Assembly (NCBI RefSeq): GCF_018350175.1
Contig: NC_058373.1
Location: forward strand, 116,872,001-116,936,000
Length of the DNA: 64,000 bases
Direction: 5' to 3'
Source: Felis catus
Taxonomy: Eukaryota
Part shown: positions 1 to 11,100 of the stretch, in pieces
Layout: each line of letters starts with the position of its first letter
Numbering within the stretch: the stretch's first letter is position 1
Notes under the pieces: model-generated
The model's database searches: none
Seen by the model: only the letters and a program-made list of their open reading frames with translations
What the model was told of the DNA's origin: nothing
Position numbers and translations under genes: made by a program

Positions 1-295
1 GTAAGAAACGTTTTTATTTTAGAATAGTTTTTGACTTGCAGAAAAGTTACAAAGCCATACAGAGAGTTCCCACGTCCCCTCACCAGTTTCCCCCATTGTT
101 GTCCTCTGACGTTCCTGTTCCTGTGATACATTTGTTGTAGCTAAGGAGTCAGTATTGGTGCATCGTTATGAAAAGTCCATACTTCATTCAGTTCAGGACC
201 ATTGGGTTTTGACCAACAAAGTGCTGTTGGCAAATGCTTTGAGACCCCATCCTGGTCACTAAACCTTCAGTGACAACTTTCATTGTAGTAAGAGC
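1..295 (-). repeat. Inverted duplicate of 44742-45036 (may extend left of the window)
   Basis: Manual alignment: position i pairs with the complement of 45037-i; 9 mismatches in 295 bp, no gaps. Confidence 0.95.
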
Positions 296-1060
296 CAGTG
301 CACAAGGGCTCCCTTTGCTCCACATCCTTTTCAACACCTGTTATTTCTTGCCTTTTTGGTAATAGTCATTCTGACAGGTGTGAGGTGATATTTCATTGTG
401 GTTTAGATTTGCATTTCCTAGATAATTAGTGAGGTCGAGCGGCTTTTCACATACTTGTTAGCCATCCATATATCTTCTTTGGAAAAATGTTTATTCAGAT
501 TCTATGCCCATTTTTTAAAAAATGTTTATTTTTGAGAGAGAGAGCACGAGCAGGGGAGGAGCAGAGAGAGGGAGAGACACAGAATCTGAAGCAGCCTCGA
601 GGCTCTGAGCTGTCAGCACAGAGCCCAACGTGGGGCTCGAACTCACGGAGTGTGAGGTCATGACCTGAGCCGAAGCCAGACGCTCAACCAACTGAGCCAC
701 CCAGGCACCCCTCTATGCCCATTTTTAATCACATTTTTTTTTCTATTGAGTTACAGGAGTTCTTTATGTATTCTGGATATTGTGTCCTTACCAGAAATAT
801 GACTTGCATTCATTTTATTGATGGTTTCCTTTGCTGTGTATAGCTTTTTAATTCGAATACTTCCACTTGTTTATTTTTGCTTTTATTGCCTTTGCTTTTG
901 GTGTCAAATCCATAAACATCATTGCCAAGGCCGATGTCAAGGAGCTTATCCCGTGTGGTTTCCTCTAGGAGTTTTATGGTTTCAGATCTTAACGTTCAAG
1001 TCTTTAATCCACTTTGAGTTGATTTTTGCATATGGTGTAGGATAGTGATCCGTTTCCATT
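296..1060 (-). mobile_element. L1 fragment (end of ORF2), interrupted by a SINE
   Basis: Antisense L1 ORF2 sequence (e.g. ttcaagtctttaatccactttgagttgatttttgcatatggtgtag); degenerate. Confidence 0.85.
516..711 (-). mobile_element. CAN-SINE (SINEC)
   Basis: tRNA-derived head GGGGTGCCTGGGTGGCTCAG on - strand, (CT)n and A tail; 15-bp TSD tctatgcccattttt at 501-515 and 712-726. Confidence 0.95.
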
Positions 1061-1633
1061 CCATTGAACAGCTTTCTAGAGAATCAGTCTTAATGCCAGA
1101 TGCCATGGGGAAGGAAACCTCAGTGTGCCCCTTTGGCCGTGGATGTGGATGTGTGGAGAACTGTATGCCTGATCCAGTGTCGTGTCCCTTCCTCAGCCTG
1201 GACCTGGGGAGCATCACCAGGAGCCCTGGTTCTGAGGAAGGCAAGGCAGACAGCCACCGAGACTGCTACACCTGTTAACTGCCAGTTCGCCTGTTACTTG
1301 CCTCTTCCAGGCTTCACCGTAGCAAACCTCAGTGTGTTAGCATGTTTCAGAGCATCCCTGACAGTCTTAACTATTTAAGCTTTTTAACCTCAAAGTGCAG
1401 ACTCAGCCCCGGTGACCGTGTTTCATTTTCACAGCAGACATTTAAATTATAGCGAGAAAACAAGACTGTTTTGGCTAGCCAGCCCATCCCCATTACTGTT
1501 TTATGAAATACTCATTGTTCTTTAACCTGGCCATCACTCCTGTCCTGAACGACACTTCGACGGCCGCTGTGCTGACCCCGGGATGCACGCATGCCCACCG
1601 GGGTCATTTTGTCTCTGTCCTGCTTCTCCTCAG

Positions 1634-1867
1634 CACCATGGGCTCCCGACACTCTCCCAGCCCCGTTGTCTTCACCAGTGCCAGAAGCTCCCCTAAAGAA
1701 GAGCTCCATCCTGCCACCTCACAGCTCCTACCTTCCTCCTCCTCCTCCTCCTCCTCGTCTGGTCCTAGGACTTTCTACCCTCGCCAGGGCGCGACCAGCA
1801 AGTACCTGATTGGTTGGAAGAAACCCGAAGGAACCATAAACTCTGTGGGATTCATGGACACAAGAAA
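1634..1867 (+). CDS. SIPA1L1: SIPA1L1 internal coding exon ([10 protein letters not shown]...[23 protein letters not shown]); upstream exons lie outside the window
   Basis: Pyrimidine tract + CAG acceptor at 1631-1633, GTAAGA donor at 1868; translation matches the recalled SIPA1L1 C-terminal region; phase 2 joins the next exon. Confidence 0.93.
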
Positions 1868-2636
1868 GTAAGAACTCTTTTGCTTCTCTTCCTGAGTGGT
1901 TCACTTTCAACATGACCAAGAACAGAAAAGGTTGGGGCCATTTCCTGCAAGAGAGGAAGCCACCTGGGGCCTGGGAAGGCATTGGTGTTTGGTAGGGAGA
2001 TTTTTTCTTTCCTCCTGAGTAAAACCTGTCTTCAGTTATTTCTCTGCTTCATTCCTTAAATAAAATGTGTGGCAAAACACTGATTTGAGAATCTTCGATC
2101 TTGTAGGAAGAGAGTATGTCTGAAGAACAGACTTTGGGATAAATGACCCTTTGGCACTAAGATGACACTATCCCTTTGATTATATTAATCACAGCCTTCT
2201 CATGTCATCTTTAACTGGGCCGGGAGCCACTGGAGGGAGTATTAGAAAGGGACTATCCCTGAATATAAAGAACTTTTTGACAAAGTAGTACAGCAAGAAA
2301 AAAAAAAAGAAAAACAAAACCCTACGTGATTCATTCAATTATGTTGTTTGTATTTGTACAAAACTTACACTTGAGATTCATAGCCTGTGGTCTTTTATTA
2401 ATAAGTCTTGCTAATTTGGGCTTAGTGGAGCTAACAGTTTCCCGTAGAAGAGTGATTTAGTCATCAGAATTTTTTCTTTTGCGTTGAGATTGGTGGTATC
2501 TTTCACAAACAGGTACCCCAGCAGATTCACCTTTTCTCTCCCGTAATTCCCCACTGACTTATAGCCTCTGGGCCCATCGCCCGCTTCCCTCAACCTTGTC
2601 AGCTGGGCTGCTACCCTCTCTTCCCTTTCTTTCCAG

Positions 2637-2802
2637 GCGTCACCAGAGCGACGGCAACGAGATAGCCCACACCAGGCTGCGTGCCTCAGCCAGGGACCTC
2701 CGGGCGTCCCCCAAGCCGGCCTCCAAGTCCACCATTGAGGAGGACCTCAAGAAACTCATCGACCTGGAGAGCCCAACTCCCGAATCGCAGAAGAACTTTA
2801 AG
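2637..2802 (+). CDS. SIPA1L1: SIPA1L1 coding exon ([14 protein letters not shown]...[13 protein letters not shown])
   Basis: ttccctttctttccag acceptor, AAG|GTACAG donor; in frame with its neighbours. Confidence 0.95.
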
Positions 2803-5699
2803 GTACAGGACAGAGCCCGGGGTAAATGGCAGTAAGAGAGGCCCAGCGGGATGGGGCTGCTCGCCGCAAGGACATCCTCCTGGAAGTGCTGGCTCCTGGC
2901 TCCTCTTCTGTGGAGCCCACCTCCCGCCATCACCCCCTTCCCAAAAATGAGCTCACGCTTGGGTGTTCTGCCCCTCTGCCACACCTCTCGGTCTGCCTTT
3001 AGATTAACCTGTCTCTCCCGCCACCAGGCTTTCTTCAGTGCACCAGCCATGCTCCTGATGAAATATTAGCTCAGATGACATTGCTTCTGAGAGCTCTGCA
3101 GAGGCACCTTTGTCTCTCTTGTCAGAGTTTTCTGTAAAGGCTTTAGTGCCTTCTGTCCGAAGGGTCCCTCCCCCTGACAAGTAGCCCAGGGTTCACGTCC
3201 TGCCTTGTGTGCCCACAGCAGCCTGCACTTTGGCCTCATCTCTCCCCTGACCCACCAGGCAAGCCTACTGGCTATGTGCCACATACTGGCCCGTCGCTCA
3301 GAGAAACTGCCTGATGGACACTCACTCTCTTCACCCCCTCACCCCCAAAAGCCACCTCTTCAGCCCAGCAAACTAGGTCTACACCACGTACCTTCAGAAC
3401 TTTCTAGATTCTGTTTACTTTACCGAGCCTTCTCTGTACTTCCCTCCCAGAATTACAGTCGAGAAATGCCTTCTCTAAACCCAGCCTCCTTCCCCATCAT
3501 TTCCCAAGCACATGCTCAGGGTGTATGTTTGTGTGTCAGTGGCCAGACCTTTGCCTGCCCACGTGGCAGCTCTGTTCTGCTCTCCTCCGCTCAGAGGACC
3601 ACTGAAGCCTACTCAAGGCTCTTGAAGGTGCGCGATCTCACACTCCCAGGGCCCGGAGCTGGTTGTTTGCTGAGTGGGGCCCAAACGTAATTGGCTCTGA
3701 GCGTAAGGCATTTCTGTCTGCGGTGTGTGGTGTAGCCCCAGGAGACTGGAGTCTACCTCCAGGAAGGTCAGGGCAGCAAGCTTTGACATGTTCTGTTCTC
3801 CAGGTTCTTAGTCAGATGACTGGTAGTCTGTTTAAGTGTACTAGACAGTACACTTTAGGGACTCTGACAATTGATTGAAGATGTAAGCTACATATTTCCC
3901 TGAACACTTGCTGTCCTCGAACTGGGATCAGAGTGCAGGGTGCCATGCCCAGCGGGATGAGCGGCGTGGCCTTGTCCATCCAGGCTTTGTCTCCACTCTG
4001 GTGTGTGTGTAGCACACGTACATTCCTCTGTGTGTGTGTGTGTGTCTTCCTCAAGATACGTCAGATTTACCTCCTAAACTTAAAAATCCACATTTATAGA
4101 AATTAAACGTATTCCAAAGGCCAGTCTGGAGTTCTGCTGAGAAATAGATTTATTAACATAAACATTAACATCATAAATCATTTTAAAGACTTGCCATTCT
4201 TGATTTCTGTAATTTGTTTTATAAGCCAGCACTTAAGACTTCTGACTCATCACCCAGGGTACAAATGGTTTCCTTAGCAACCTTGCAAAAGATAGTGCTT
4301 GAAACTTCTTTTTCCATCAGAACCCAAAGAGGTATATTAAAGCGTTTAAGTACCAGTTTCAAAATAAAAATTATTTCAGATTTTTCCTTTGAGGTTAGAG
4401 GAAAATAAAACTTGCCCTGAAAGGAATCTTGAATCTTTCCTCCAGTTCTCTTAACATTTTTTTTTTTTTTTTTTTGGAAAGGGGCAAACTCTATTCTTTT
4501 GATTTACTTATGCAGTAGAAATAATTGAAAGCAAATGTCTGTTTTCCCTTTCTTCCATTTCTTGGCTTTTATTTCCAAAATGAATTATTTTAACATTCCT
4601 AGTTGAAACAGGAGCGCACTTTCTTTGTGCCGTGGCCATATCACCATGAGACCCTCTGCGGAGAAAGTGCTCCTCTGTTGCTGGGAAAGGCTGCAAGCAG
4701 GGCTGGAAATAAGGCTGTTTTCTCTCCGGCGTCCTCCTTTTCGGTTTGGTTTCAGATGAGTTTAGCTAAGTGGCTCGATGTGTCTTCCAAGATTCTCTGA
4801 CTGCCCAGGGCTTTGCTGTGTCAGAAAGGCCAGCGTGCTCCTGAGAGGTTTTCCAGGCCATGCCTGGCTCAAGGCCCCGAGCCACCTCGTCAGGGTCCCA
4901 GCAGCGGCCAGCTTTGGGCTGTGTGATCCTTGGAACCCACTCGGAGCACATCAGCTTTCCTGGACAGCAAGTGCTACTTAGGAGCGCTGGTTAATATCAA
5001 ATGACAGGGTCACTCCCGGGCATATGATGTCTGCTGCAGGACGGGACAGACTCTGCCGGGCAGGCTGTGGCTCAGAGAGAGGTGGCTGCACGGCCTCAGC
5101 AGCTGCTGCGGAGCTCAAGGAAAGGAAAATAGCAGAGCTCTAACATTCTAAGAAACCTCACTGGGGGACAGAGCTGGGATAACCGTATTTTTCCCGAGGG
5201 CTGCATACAGCCGCAAGTGAACACAGTACAAATCAGTGGGCCTGCTTTGCCACCAGTAAGCACTGCTTGCTTATTGCAAGTGTGGGTAACCCATTTCTCT
5301 GCAGCCAGGAGGACTAGAAAGAGTGAGAGAACAGGAGACTGACGTGGAGCTAGATGCCTTGTTCCTCAGCTTTGAAACCAGCCCAGAGTAGGGCGGTGGT
5401 GCCCAGATGATTTTAAAGCTCAGGAATTTGAATAAAAGTATACGTGGAAGCCCAATATGTAGAACTGAGAACACAGTTTCTCTGATGGGAGGGGTGGGTG
5501 TCTCGGGCTCCTGGGTCCCACCTGAACATCTCCTCTCCCCAGGCAGTGACGCTGTGAGAAACCCATAGGATCCATTGGAGCACTTTGAAAACCCCGCAGC
5601 CTTATGGGCTCTCAGATCCCTTCCGAGTCAGCCGTTGACTCCCTTGTGGTTCCTTCCCAGGGCGGGCAGCACTGGGTGCCACCCAGCAAGCACTGTGCG

Positions 5700-5718
5700 A
5701 GGCCGGCAGAGGGCGCTC
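5700..5718 (+). promoter_or_regulatory. Candidate CTCF binding site
   Basis: AGGCCGGCAGAGGGCGCTC fits the CTCF core CC(A/G)(C/G)(C/T)AG(A/G)(G/T)GGC(A/G)C at every core position; motif evidence only. Confidence 0.55.
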
Positions 5719-7673
5719 TCAGAACCAGATAGGTGTGCATACCTACAAGACTGGAGTTGAAGAGGGATGGGGTGAGGGGACATCCCAGTGTGTTGGGACA
5801 AGACTACTTTTTAATGGGTGGAAAGCGTCGAGACAGATTGCTTCCTTCCATCACCTACCCCGCCTCCCATTTGAGTGCAGGATGTTGTAACTTTTAATAA
5901 AGCATGCCGCTCAAAGGATCCCTTCAAGGGAGCTGTTCACTGCCTTGAAGTATGTTAATGTTTCCCCCAAAAGAGGCTAAAACTAAAATTGGTGGAAAAC
6001 CGTCCTGTGAAACCATAAGGGTGGGGATACTCACTGGAAAAGGAAATCCCTTTGCTGAACCCAGAAGTCCTTAAAAAAAAAAAAGAAAGAAAAAAAATTG
6101 GGACCAGTGTTTGAATGGAGAGACCCGGGGCCTGGTGTGGTTGGCAAAACCTTATGTGATCATCCTAGAAGCTTGCAGACACAGAAGAGAGAATCTGGCT
6201 TTAGTTTTTAAAATTGTAATCGGCAAGCCATTTGACCTTCGTGATGCCCACTCTTCTCTTTGAGGTGGAAAGGGAAATCACCATTTCCATACCCAGTTCC
6301 CTGTAATTAGACTCAGAATTTATCACAGCAGCTTAGTTTTCTAGTTTTTCTAGTTTCTAGGCAAGCTTAGATGTACCTTGCATTTAACTCCTCGTGAGTT
6401 TTTAGAAGTGAGCACACTTTCTACACAGTTGGCTACTCCTGGGGCTCATTTGCAATGTGTTGGATTAATAATTTTTTCACATTTAGGCAGCAGCTGTGCA
6501 CACCATTTCCTGGGCAGCTTTGACACGATTAACCCTTGGTTTGTTGAACAGAAGCATGTTAGGCACAGAGCCCACGAGTGAACCTGAGTGTGTGCTCTAT
6601 TCTCAGCGTCCTGAAAGAAGACGTGGCTGTGTCATCATCCCTCTGCCTCTTCAGAGTGTCACGGAAAGTCCCACAGAGGCCTTCTGCCAGCTATGACTCA
6701 GCCCTCCTACTCACGTCTTCACCTGTCCTCCACATTGTTCTCCCTGCCAAAGTGAACACTAGCCTGAGAGCCATGGAATAAATGTAGCTTTACTGCTGAT
6801 AGACCAAATACTCTGTTGGCTCTCAGGCTGGATATTCAAACATTGTTAATATATCTGTTGTTTCGCAATGAATGGGATTCTCAGAAGTTCACTTTTTGCA
6901 GAAGAATCTCAAGTAAAATCAAATCTGGTGACAAAGGCAAAAGAGAGAACAGCTCTGTGGAATGTCAGCCATTTGTATATGCCTGTATAAATATTTGTCA
7001 CTTAAGATGGCTTCCCTATTTTAATTTCATAAATAGAAATCCATCCTAAAAGATAATGTTTAAAGCTCATTGAATGTATTAGTAATTGATGTTTATCAAG
7101 AGGCACCTACTACTAGAGTTAGTAGATCACGATGGTCCAGTGCTCTTGTTGCCCAACGCATATGGCATCACCTGCTAAGCTCCCGGGGACAACTTCCTGG
7201 CACTGTGGCTGTTCCCCTGGGGACCATGATGTCACTTAATACCACCGATAAACACTCCAGTCCAGTGTTTGCATTTACTCCTCATAATAATCCTGAGAAA
7301 TGCTGGGCTCAGATTCGGTCAATGGCACGGGACTCAAATAAAACTCACATGTGTCTGATCATCATCTTGTTCTTACCGTGACACAGTCCTGATGAACCTA
7401 CTTAATCTCACACCTGAATTTGTGTGCTGAGCACCAGTAGGCCATAGGCCGCGTGCTGGGCCTTGAGGACAGGATGGCCAGGAACTCCCATCTTGGCTCT
7501 GAAGGGTGTAGACCGAGATGGTGGAGCCGGAGGCTTCCTTGCCGGGCTCTAGGATCTGAAGGGGGAGGTGGTGTCTAAGAGCGGTGATTTCGTCAGCCCA
7601 CCCGTCCCCAATCCGAGACTTGGGTGTGTGACCCAAGAAATTTACTTCTTGTTGTCTCGACACTGTTTTTCAG

Positions 7674-7920
7674 TTCCATGCGCTCTCCTCTCCTCAGTCT
7701 CCTTTTCCTACCACCCCCACCTCAAGGCGGGCTTTGCACCGGACGCTGTCAGACGAGAGCATTTACAGCGGGCAGAGGGAGCACTTTTTCACCTCAAGGC
7801 CTTCACTTCTGGACCAAGCCCTGCCCAATGACGTCCTCTTCAGTAGCACGTACCCTTCTCTTCCCAAGTCTCTTCCGTTGCGGAGGCCTTCTTACACCTT
7901 GGGAATGAAGTCGTTGCATG
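7674..7920 (+). CDS. SIPA1L1: SIPA1L1 coding exon ([11 protein letters not shown]...[10 protein letters not shown]...LGMKSLH)
   Basis: tgtttttcag acceptor, ATG|GTAAGT donor; contains the SIPA1L-family RTLSDES motif. Confidence 0.95.
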
Positions 7921-8114
7921 GTAAGTTGGTTTTTCTGCCGCCGCCGAGCAGCCCTGCTGAGGGAGGTGAGTTCCCAGAAAGAGGGGCCACTCCATCTGCT
8001 CAGAGAGGCGTAGCTGGAGCCAGTCTGGCTAGCCACCCGTCCCTCAGCCTCTCACCTGTAATCCCAGCCCACAGGTACCGATGGTCAGCCTCACCAGACC
8101 GTAAGTGTTATCTG

Positions 8115-11100
8115 TTTCATTTTGGTTTTTACTGAAGTTTAACCAACATGTAACGTTATATTAGTTTCAGGTGTACAACCTGACGATTCGATGTCTGTAT
8201 TGTGAAATGATCACCACAGTGAGTCTAGTTAAGATCTGTCACCATGCATAGTTGCAAAATTGTTTTTTCTTTTGATGGGACCTTTTAACATCAGTCTCTT
8301 AGCAGCTTCCAAATACGCAGTTATTAACTGTAGTCACCATGTGGTACATTGCAGGAAACCCCGTGACTTATTTGTCCTTCTCCAATTTATTTCAATCGGC
8401 ATAATGCCCTCAAGGCCCATCCATGTTGTTGCATGTGGGAAGATTTCATTTTTTAAGGCTGAGTATTAGTCCGTCGTGTGTGTGTATGTGTACCATTCAT
8501 CCATCATTGGACACTTAGGTGTCCATTTAGCTACTGTTTCCATCTTAGCTATTATAGATAATGCTGCAGTGAACATGGGGGTACAATATATTTTTTTCAA
8601 GTTAGAGTTGTCATTTTCGTCAGGTGCATACCCAGAGTGGAATTTCCAGATCATAGGAATAGTTGGATAGTTGGATCATATGGTAGCTCTGTTTTGAGGA
8701 AACCTCCATACTGTTTTCCATAGTGGCAGCACCAATTTACATTCCTACCAACGGTGCACTAGGATTCCTTTTTCTCTACACCCTTGCCAACACTTGTATC
8801 TTCCCTTTTTGATAATAGACATTCTAACAGGTGTGAAGCGATACCTCATTTTGGCTGTGATGTACATCTCCCTAATGATTAATGATGTTGAGCATCTCTT
8901 CATTTACCTGTTGGCCGTCGATAGGTCTTCTTTGGAAAAATGTCTATTCATATTCTCTGCCCATTTTTTAATCAGATTGTCTTTTGGCTCTTGAGTTGTA
9001 AGAGTTCTTTATACATTGTGGATATTACCCCCTTATCATATACGATTTACAAATATTTTCTCTCATTCCATAGGTTGCCTTTTCATTTTGTTAATGGTTT
9101 TCTTTGCCGTGCAGAAGCTTTTTAGTTTGCAGGTATTCCACTTGTTTATTTTTGCTTTTGGTGTCAAATCCAAAAAGTCATCGTCAAAACTGATGTCAGG
9201 GAGCTTACTGAAGAAAACATTCTGGAAGTTTTATGGCTTCAGGTCTTACAATCAAGTTTTTAATCCATAATGAGTTAATTTTTTTATGTTGGTTTAAGAT
9301 AGTGCTCTGGTTTCATTCTTTTGCATGTGGCTGTCCAGTTTTCCCAGCACCATTTATTAAAGACCATCTTTTCCCTATTGGATATTCTTGGCCCCTTTGT
9401 CATAAACTAATTGACCGTGTATGCATATGTTTATTTCTGGGCTCTCTGTTCCATTGATGTATCTGTTTTTATGCCAATACCATACTCTTTTGATTTCTAT
9501 AGCTTTGTAGTATAGTTTGAAATCCAGGATCGTGATGTCTCTGGCTTTGTTTTTTCCAAGATTCCTTTGGCTGTTCAGAGTCTTTTGTAATTACATACAA
9601 TTTTGAGATTGCTCGTTCTCCTTCTGTGAAAAATGCCATTAAAATTTTGATAGGAATTGCACATTGACTCTGTAGATTGCTTTGGGTAGTATGGACATTT
9701 TAACAATATTATGAGCATGGAATACCTTCCGTTTATTTGTGTCTTCAGTTTCTTTCATCGATGTCTAATGGTTTAGAGTGTACAGGTCTTTTACCTCCTT
9801 GGTTAAAGTTATTCCTGGGTATTTCATTCCTTCTGATACGATTGTTTTCTTAATCGTTCTTCCTGATATATTGTTATTAGTGTATAGAAATGCAACAGAT
9901 TTTTGTGAATTGATTTGGTATCTTGCAACTTTACTGAATTCCTTTATTAATTCTTAAGAGTTTCTTGGCAGAGTCTTTCGGGTTCTCTAATATAATATGC
10001 TATCTGCAAATAGTAAATTTTACTTCATATTTGGATGTCTTTTATTTCCTGTTTAATGCTCTGGCTAGGACTTCTAATACTTTATAGAATCAGAATGGTA
10101 AGAGTGTGCATCCTTGTCTCGTTCCTGACCTTAGAGGGAGAGCTTTCAGCTTTTCACCATTGAGTGTGATGTCAGCTATGGACTTGTCATATATGGCCTT
10201 TATTATGTTAAAGTACATCCCCTCTATACCCATATTTTGAGAGTTTTTATCGTAAGTGGATGTTGATTTTTGTCAGATGCTTTTTCTGCACCTATTGAGA
10301 TGATTATATGATTTTTATCCTTCATTTTGTCAGTGTTATATATCACATTGATTGATTTGTGGATGTTGAACCATCCTTAACATCCCTGAGATAAATCCCC
10401 CTAGATCATAGTATATGGTCCTTCTAATGTATCACTGAATTCGGTCTGCTAATTTTGCATCCATGTTCATCAGAGACATTGACCTGTGATTTTTTTTTCT
10501 TATGGTGTCCCTGTCTAATTGTGGTATCTGGGTAATGCTAGCCTCATAAAATGAGTTTGGAAGTGTTCCCTTTTCTTCTTTTTTTGAAGAGCTTTAGAAG
10601 GATTAATTCTTCTTTGAATGTTTGGTAGAATTCACCAGTAAAGTCCTCTGTTCCTGGGCTTTTGGTTTAATCAGTAGACACAAACCTCCCAACCATCTCT
10701 TTACTAGTAATGGGTCTGTTCAGATTTTCTGTTTCTTCATGGTTCAGTCTTCATGCCTTCTTAGCATCGCAGGCAGCACTCAGTCTCATAATCTTCATGA
10801 TTCAGTCTTGGTAGGTTGTGTGTTTATGGGGATTATGCATTTTGTCTTGGTTATGCAATTTGCTGGTGTACAATTGTTTGTAGTAGTCTCTTTAAGATCC
10901 TCTGTATTTCTCTGGTATCAGTTGTAATGTCTCTTCTTTCATTTCGATTTTGAGTCTTCTCTTTTTTCTTGGTGAATCTAAAGATCTGCTAATTTTATAT
11001 CTTGTTTCTTTATTTTTTTAGTTTCTATTTCATACATTTCCACTCTGATCTGCTACTGCCTTCCTTCTACTAACTTTGGGCCTAGTCCCTTCAGTTGTAA

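Noticed and set aside
1..1060. L1 3' transduction from the 36-44 kb L1 as the origin of the inverted duplicate
   Set aside because: The layout fits, but the L1 at 296-510 differs from the homologous part of the downstream L1 at many positions, while the duplicated flank is ~97% identical. The L1 3' UTR between them is also absent, so the ages do not match.
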